Part shown: positions 58,777-61,875 of the stretch, piece after piece | Position numbering within the stretch: position 1 is the first letter of the stretch | How the letters are laid out: each line of letters starts with the position of its first letter | From: Flavobacteriales bacterium | GTDB lineage: Bacteria; Bacteroidota; Bacteroidia; Flavobacteriales; JANQLC01 | Assembly: GCA_036881805.1 (NCBI GenBank) | Contig: JBAJNK010000009.1 | Coordinates: 1-61,875 of the forward strand | Direction: 5' to 3' | Length of the DNA stretch: 61,875 nucleotides | Position numbers and translations under genes: made by a program | Notes under the pieces: model-generated | Told to the model about the DNA's origin: nothing | Databases searched by the model: none | Seen by the model: only the letters and a program-made list of their open reading frames with translations

Positions 58777-60028
58777 GCTGTCTGATCTTTCGATATAAAG
58801 TTCGCTCTGAAATGCCCAATTCATCGGCTGCCTGCTTGCGTTTTCCCCTGCAACGAGCCAGTGCCTTTTTGATCAACTCGATCTCTTTACCTTGTAAAGA
58901 TAAGGATTCCTCGGGTTCTTCATGGCTGGGAATTTCCTCGTATTCGTGTATATCGTCAAAATTTTTCTCTCGCGATTCCCCAGCAGATACAGGCGCCTCG
59001 TACTTCATCAATGGCGTAGCGGTTTCAGACACCGGTTCAGGCTGACTGAATACCCGGTTGATCAGCTCTTGGTCTTCGACGTTAAAATCCGTACCCCGAT
59101 CTCTTTCGATGAGTTTCCGAGTTAATTTTTTCAAGTCGCTCAAATCGCTTTTCATTTCAAAGAGAAAGCGGTATAGTAAGTCGCGTTCGTCGCTGAAATC
59201 GCCTTGCGGTTTGGCTTGATTAACGATAGCCGGCAAATGGTTTTCCCGACCTTCAGGCAAATAGTATCCAACGACCTCCAGGCCTACTTGGGGATCGGTT
59301 TCCAATACGGAAACCTGCTCGGCAAAATTGCGCAGCTGGCGTATGTTGCCCGGCCAGGAAAAATTTTGAATATATTTTACCGCTTCTTCGCTCAAGCGAA
59401 TGACGGGTCTGTGGTATTTCTCTGAGAAATCCAGCGCAAATTTCCGGAATAACAAGTAGATGTCCGCCCGGCGTTCGCGAAGCGGTGGCAGCTGAATTTC
59501 TACCGTGTTCAAGCGGTAGTACAAATCCTCTCGAAATTTGCCCTTGGCGATGCTGTCGGACATATTTACATTGGTAGCAGCCACGATGCGCACATTGGTT
59601 TTTTGGATTTGGCTGGATCCCACTTTTAGGAATTCCCCGGTTTCCAGGACGCGCAGCAAGCGCACCTGTGTAGCAGGGGGCAATTCGCCCACCTCATCTA
59701 AGAAAACCGTGCCGCCGTCAGCCACTTCAAAGTATCCCCTTCGGGTAGCAGAGGCCCCGGTGAAAGCGCCTTTTTCATGTCCGAATAGCTCGCTGTCTAT
59801 GGTGCCCTCCGGTATGGCGCCGCAGTTTACAGCAATGTAAGCGTTGTGCTTTCGGGCGGAAAGGCTGTGGATGATCTTTGGAATGCTCTCCTTCCCCACG
59901 CCGCTCTCACCGCTTACCAGAACGGATATATTCGTCGGGGCTACCTGGATGGCCTTTTGGACAGCTCGATCGAGCTTTGGCGCTGTCCCGATAATTTGGA
60001 AGCGCTGTTTTATCGTTTGGACGTCCAT
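58766..60028 (-). CDS. sigma-54-dependent Fis-family transcriptional activator (no receiver domain)
   Basis: 420 aa. It has the AAA+ motifs GESGVGKE, GAFTGA and the ESELFGHEKGAF region, plus a C-terminal HTH AADELGISERTLYRKIRQ. Confidence 0.85.
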   Translation of the reverse strand: MDVQTIKQRFQIIGTAPKLDRAVQKAIQVAPTNISVLVSGESGVGKESIPKIIHSLSARKHNAYIAVNCGAIPEGTIDSELFGHEKGAFTGASATRRGYFEVADGGTVFLDEVGELPPATQVRLLRVLETGEFLKVGSSQIQKTNVRIVAATNVNMSDSIAKGKFREDLYYRLNTVEIQLPPLRERRADIYLLFRKFALDFSEKYHRPVIRLSEEAVKYIQNFSWPGNIRQLRNFAEQVSVLETDPQVGLEVVGYYLPEGRENHLPAIVNQAKPQGDFSDERDLLYRFLFEMKSDLSDLKKLTRKLIERDRGTDFNVEDQELINRVFSQPEPVSETATPLMKYEAPVSAGESREKNFDDIHEYEEIPSHEEPEESLSLQGKEIELIKKALARCRGKRKQAADELGISERTLYRKIRQHDL

Positions 60029-60037
60029 ACCGATCTG

Positions 60038-61444
60038 CTAAGCGAGTCCCACTGCGCTACCGATGAGCGTGGCAGGGGTGCAATCGCTTATCTCCACGCC
60101 GACCAAGTCACCGGGCTTATAGCCTGCCTTGGGAAAAACCACAACGGCATTTTGGGTATTCCTGCCATACCATTCGCCTTCACTTTTCTTGGAGGTGCCC
60201 TCGACCAAAACCGCTTGAACCCGCCCCAATTGTTCTTTCATACGCACTGATGAATGCAGTTGTTGCCTGGCGATAATCGCCCGCAGGCGTCTTTTTTTGA
60301 TGCTTTCGGGTATGTCATCAGCCAACTTTTTAGACGCAGCTGTGCCCGGGCGGTTTGAGTAGGCAAACATATGGCCGAAATGGTATTTCACATAGTCCAT
60401 CAGGCGGAGCGTATCGCGGTGGTCCGATTCCGTTTCAGAGCAGAAGCCGGCGATCATGTCGTGCGAGATACCACAGCCGGGTAAAATATCTCGGATTTTA
60501 TCGATGAGCCGCCTGTAGGACTGATGCGTGTATTGGCGGTTCATGAGTTTGAGAATGCGATTGCTACCGCTTTGCACAGGCAGATGGATGGACTTGCAAA
60601 TATTGTCGTGCGCAGCCATCACATGCAACACATCTTCGGTCATGTCTTGGGGGTTTGAGGTAGAAAAGCGAATGCGCATAGCGGGAACCGCTTGGGCGAC
60701 CAGCTCCAAAAGCTGGGCAAAACCCATGGCTGTGGCCTTTGCAAATTCCGAAGCGTATTTAAAATCCTTTTTTGGGCCGCCCCCGTACCACAGGTAGCTA
60801 TCTACATTTTGTCCCAGCAGGGTGACCTCCCTGTAGCCGCGCTGCCAAAGGTTTTTGCACTCGGCGACGATGCGCTGCGGGTCGCGACTTCGCTCGCGCC
60901 CCCGGGTGAAGGGCACCACGCAAAACGTGCACATATTGTCGCAACCGCGGGTGATGGAAACAAAGGCGCTTACGCCATTTGATCCCAGGCGAACCGGACT
61001 GACTTCAGCATAGGTCTCCGTTTTGGAGTGACCGACATTTACCGCACGGCTACCCGATTCTACCCCCTCCAAGAGATCGGGTAAGTCGCGATACGCATCG
61101 GGGCCGACGACCAAGTCCACCATTTTTTCCTGCAAAAATTCGGACTTTAACCGCGCTGCCATGCAGCCCAACACACCGACCTTCATTCGGGGATTTTTTC
61201 GCTTGGCTGCGCTGTAGTATTCCAGTCGCTTGCGAACGGTTTGTTCTGCTCTTTCTCGGATGGAACAAGTATTGAGCAATACCAAGTCGGCCTGATCCGA
61301 CTGCGAAGTAGTGCGGTAGCCATTTTCGCCGAGTATGGCCGCTGCGACTTCACTATCGGAAAAATTCATCTGGCAACCGTAGCTCTCGATAAAGAGTTTT
61401 TTATGGGCCTTTTGGCCTTCCACCATCTCTCGGGTTTCTCGCAT
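60038..61444 (-). CDS. miaB: tRNA-2-methylthio-N6-dimethylallyladenosine synthase
   Basis: 468 aa. It has the UPF0004 domain YGCQMN, the radical-SAM CDNMCTFCVVP motif and a TRAM C-terminus. A TAccTTTG box lies at 61466-61473 on the minus strand, 21 nt upstream of the ATG. Confidence 0.9.
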   Translation of the reverse strand: MRETREMVEGQKAHKKLFIESYGCQMNFSDSEVAAAILGENGYRTTSQSDQADLVLLNTCSIRERAEQTVRKRLEYYSAAKRKNPRMKVGVLGCMAARLKSEFLQEKMVDLVVGPDAYRDLPDLLEGVESGSRAVNVGHSKTETYAEVSPVRLGSNGVSAFVSITRGCDNMCTFCVVPFTRGRERSRDPQRIVAECKNLWQRGYREVTLLGQNVDSYLWYGGGPKKDFKYASEFAKATAMGFAQLLELVAQAVPAMRIRFSTSNPQDMTEDVLHVMAAHDNICKSIHLPVQSGSNRILKLMNRQYTHQSYRRLIDKIRDILPGCGISHDMIAGFCSETESDHRDTLRLMDYVKYHFGHMFAYSNRPGTAASKKLADDIPESIKKRRLRAIIARQQLHSSVRMKEQLGRVQAVLVEGTSKKSEGEWYGRNTQNAVVVFPKAGYKPGDLVGVEISDCTPATLIGSAVGLA

Positions 61445-61519
61445 CTACTTGTGACTTTGGAAATGCAAAGGTAGAAAATAGTGCCAATTTGACAGTGATT
61501 TATATATAAAATATGCGTG

Positions 61520-61875
61520 AGAAGTCGAAAAAAGCCGGTTTTGTTTCTCGTTCGCCTCTTTGGGGTTTAGTTTAAAGAGCGGAGTGATTTTTTGTATTCG
61601 TCCGGGCGCGGCAGTTTGAAAGGTGGGTCTTATTTCTTCGTCTTTGTTCCGCGCGAGTCAGTTTGAAAATGGAGGTACTTTTTTGCTTCTTATCTGAGGC
61701 TACGGCAGCTTTGTCGCACATTTATTTCGGGGGTGAGTCATGTTATTGGGGTTTAAAAGGAAGGGGCTTATTTTTTGTTTTTGCCTTCTTTGGGCTGGTT
61801 TAAAAAGGGATTTATTTCCATTTCCGATTGGCGGTTAAAAAGACGTATTGTTTTTCTGGTATTTGTCCTGTATGG
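61520..61875 (+). repeat. array G of the ~44-bp intergenic repeat family (runs off the 3' window edge)
   Basis: Units include ggtttagtttaaagagcggagtgatttttt, gcagtttgaaaggtgggtcttatttc, cagtttgaaaatggaggtactttttt, ggtttaaaaggaaggggcttatttttt, ggtttaaaaagggatttattt and cggttaaaaagacg. Confidence 0.8.

Overview
This 61.9-kb window looks like a chromosomal segment from a Bacteroidota genome (Flavobacteriia/Cytophagia-like). The taxonomic call rests on a GldJ gliding lipoprotein, a fused LpxC/FabZ, TAnnTTTG-type promoter boxes and the miaB / sigma-54 activator / lptE / secG / groES-groEL neighbourhood. Gene content is mostly housekeeping:
- lipid A genes lpxD, lpxC/fabZ and lpxA
- efp, sucD, gyrA, groES/groEL, def, ruvX, murF, lnt, pssA, tsaC, tsaE, cca, miaB, rimM and secG
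- pdhA plus the E2 component
- a Bacillus-type fadN-fadA-fadE beta-oxidation operon and a second thiolase
- an Nramp transporter, a TonB-dependent receptor and one tRNA-Ser(GCU)

No transposase, integrase, cas or phage genes were seen.

The most unusual signal is non-coding. Seven intergenic regions, about 3.5 kb or 5-6 % of the window, are filled by head-to-tail arrays of one degenerate ~44-bp unit (TTTGAAAAG-NN-GGGCTT-ATTTTTT plus a semi-conserved GC-rich segment). These are interspersed with a ~70-bp long module that carries a GTCAGC-N2-3-GCTGAC hairpin. Arrays share multi-unit modules at up to ~94 % identity but in shuffled order. I cannot assign them to any repeat family I know.

Secondary observations:
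- pckA is split by a one-base frame change exactly at an in-frame A_AAA_AAG heptamer.
- A ~1.3-kb low-coding insert lies between secG and groES. It holds a truncated NYN-domain gene preceded by a ~90-nt element bounded by a promoter and a terminator.
- A ~280-nt structured leader precedes the TonB-dependent receptor.
- A glycan-modification locus is decaying (HAD-IB and FkbM pseudogenes).
- The PDH E2 linker carries a perfect 36-nt direct repeat.
- The Nramp transporter is fused to a USP domain.

All functional calls come from reading the translations and motifs by eye. No database search was run.
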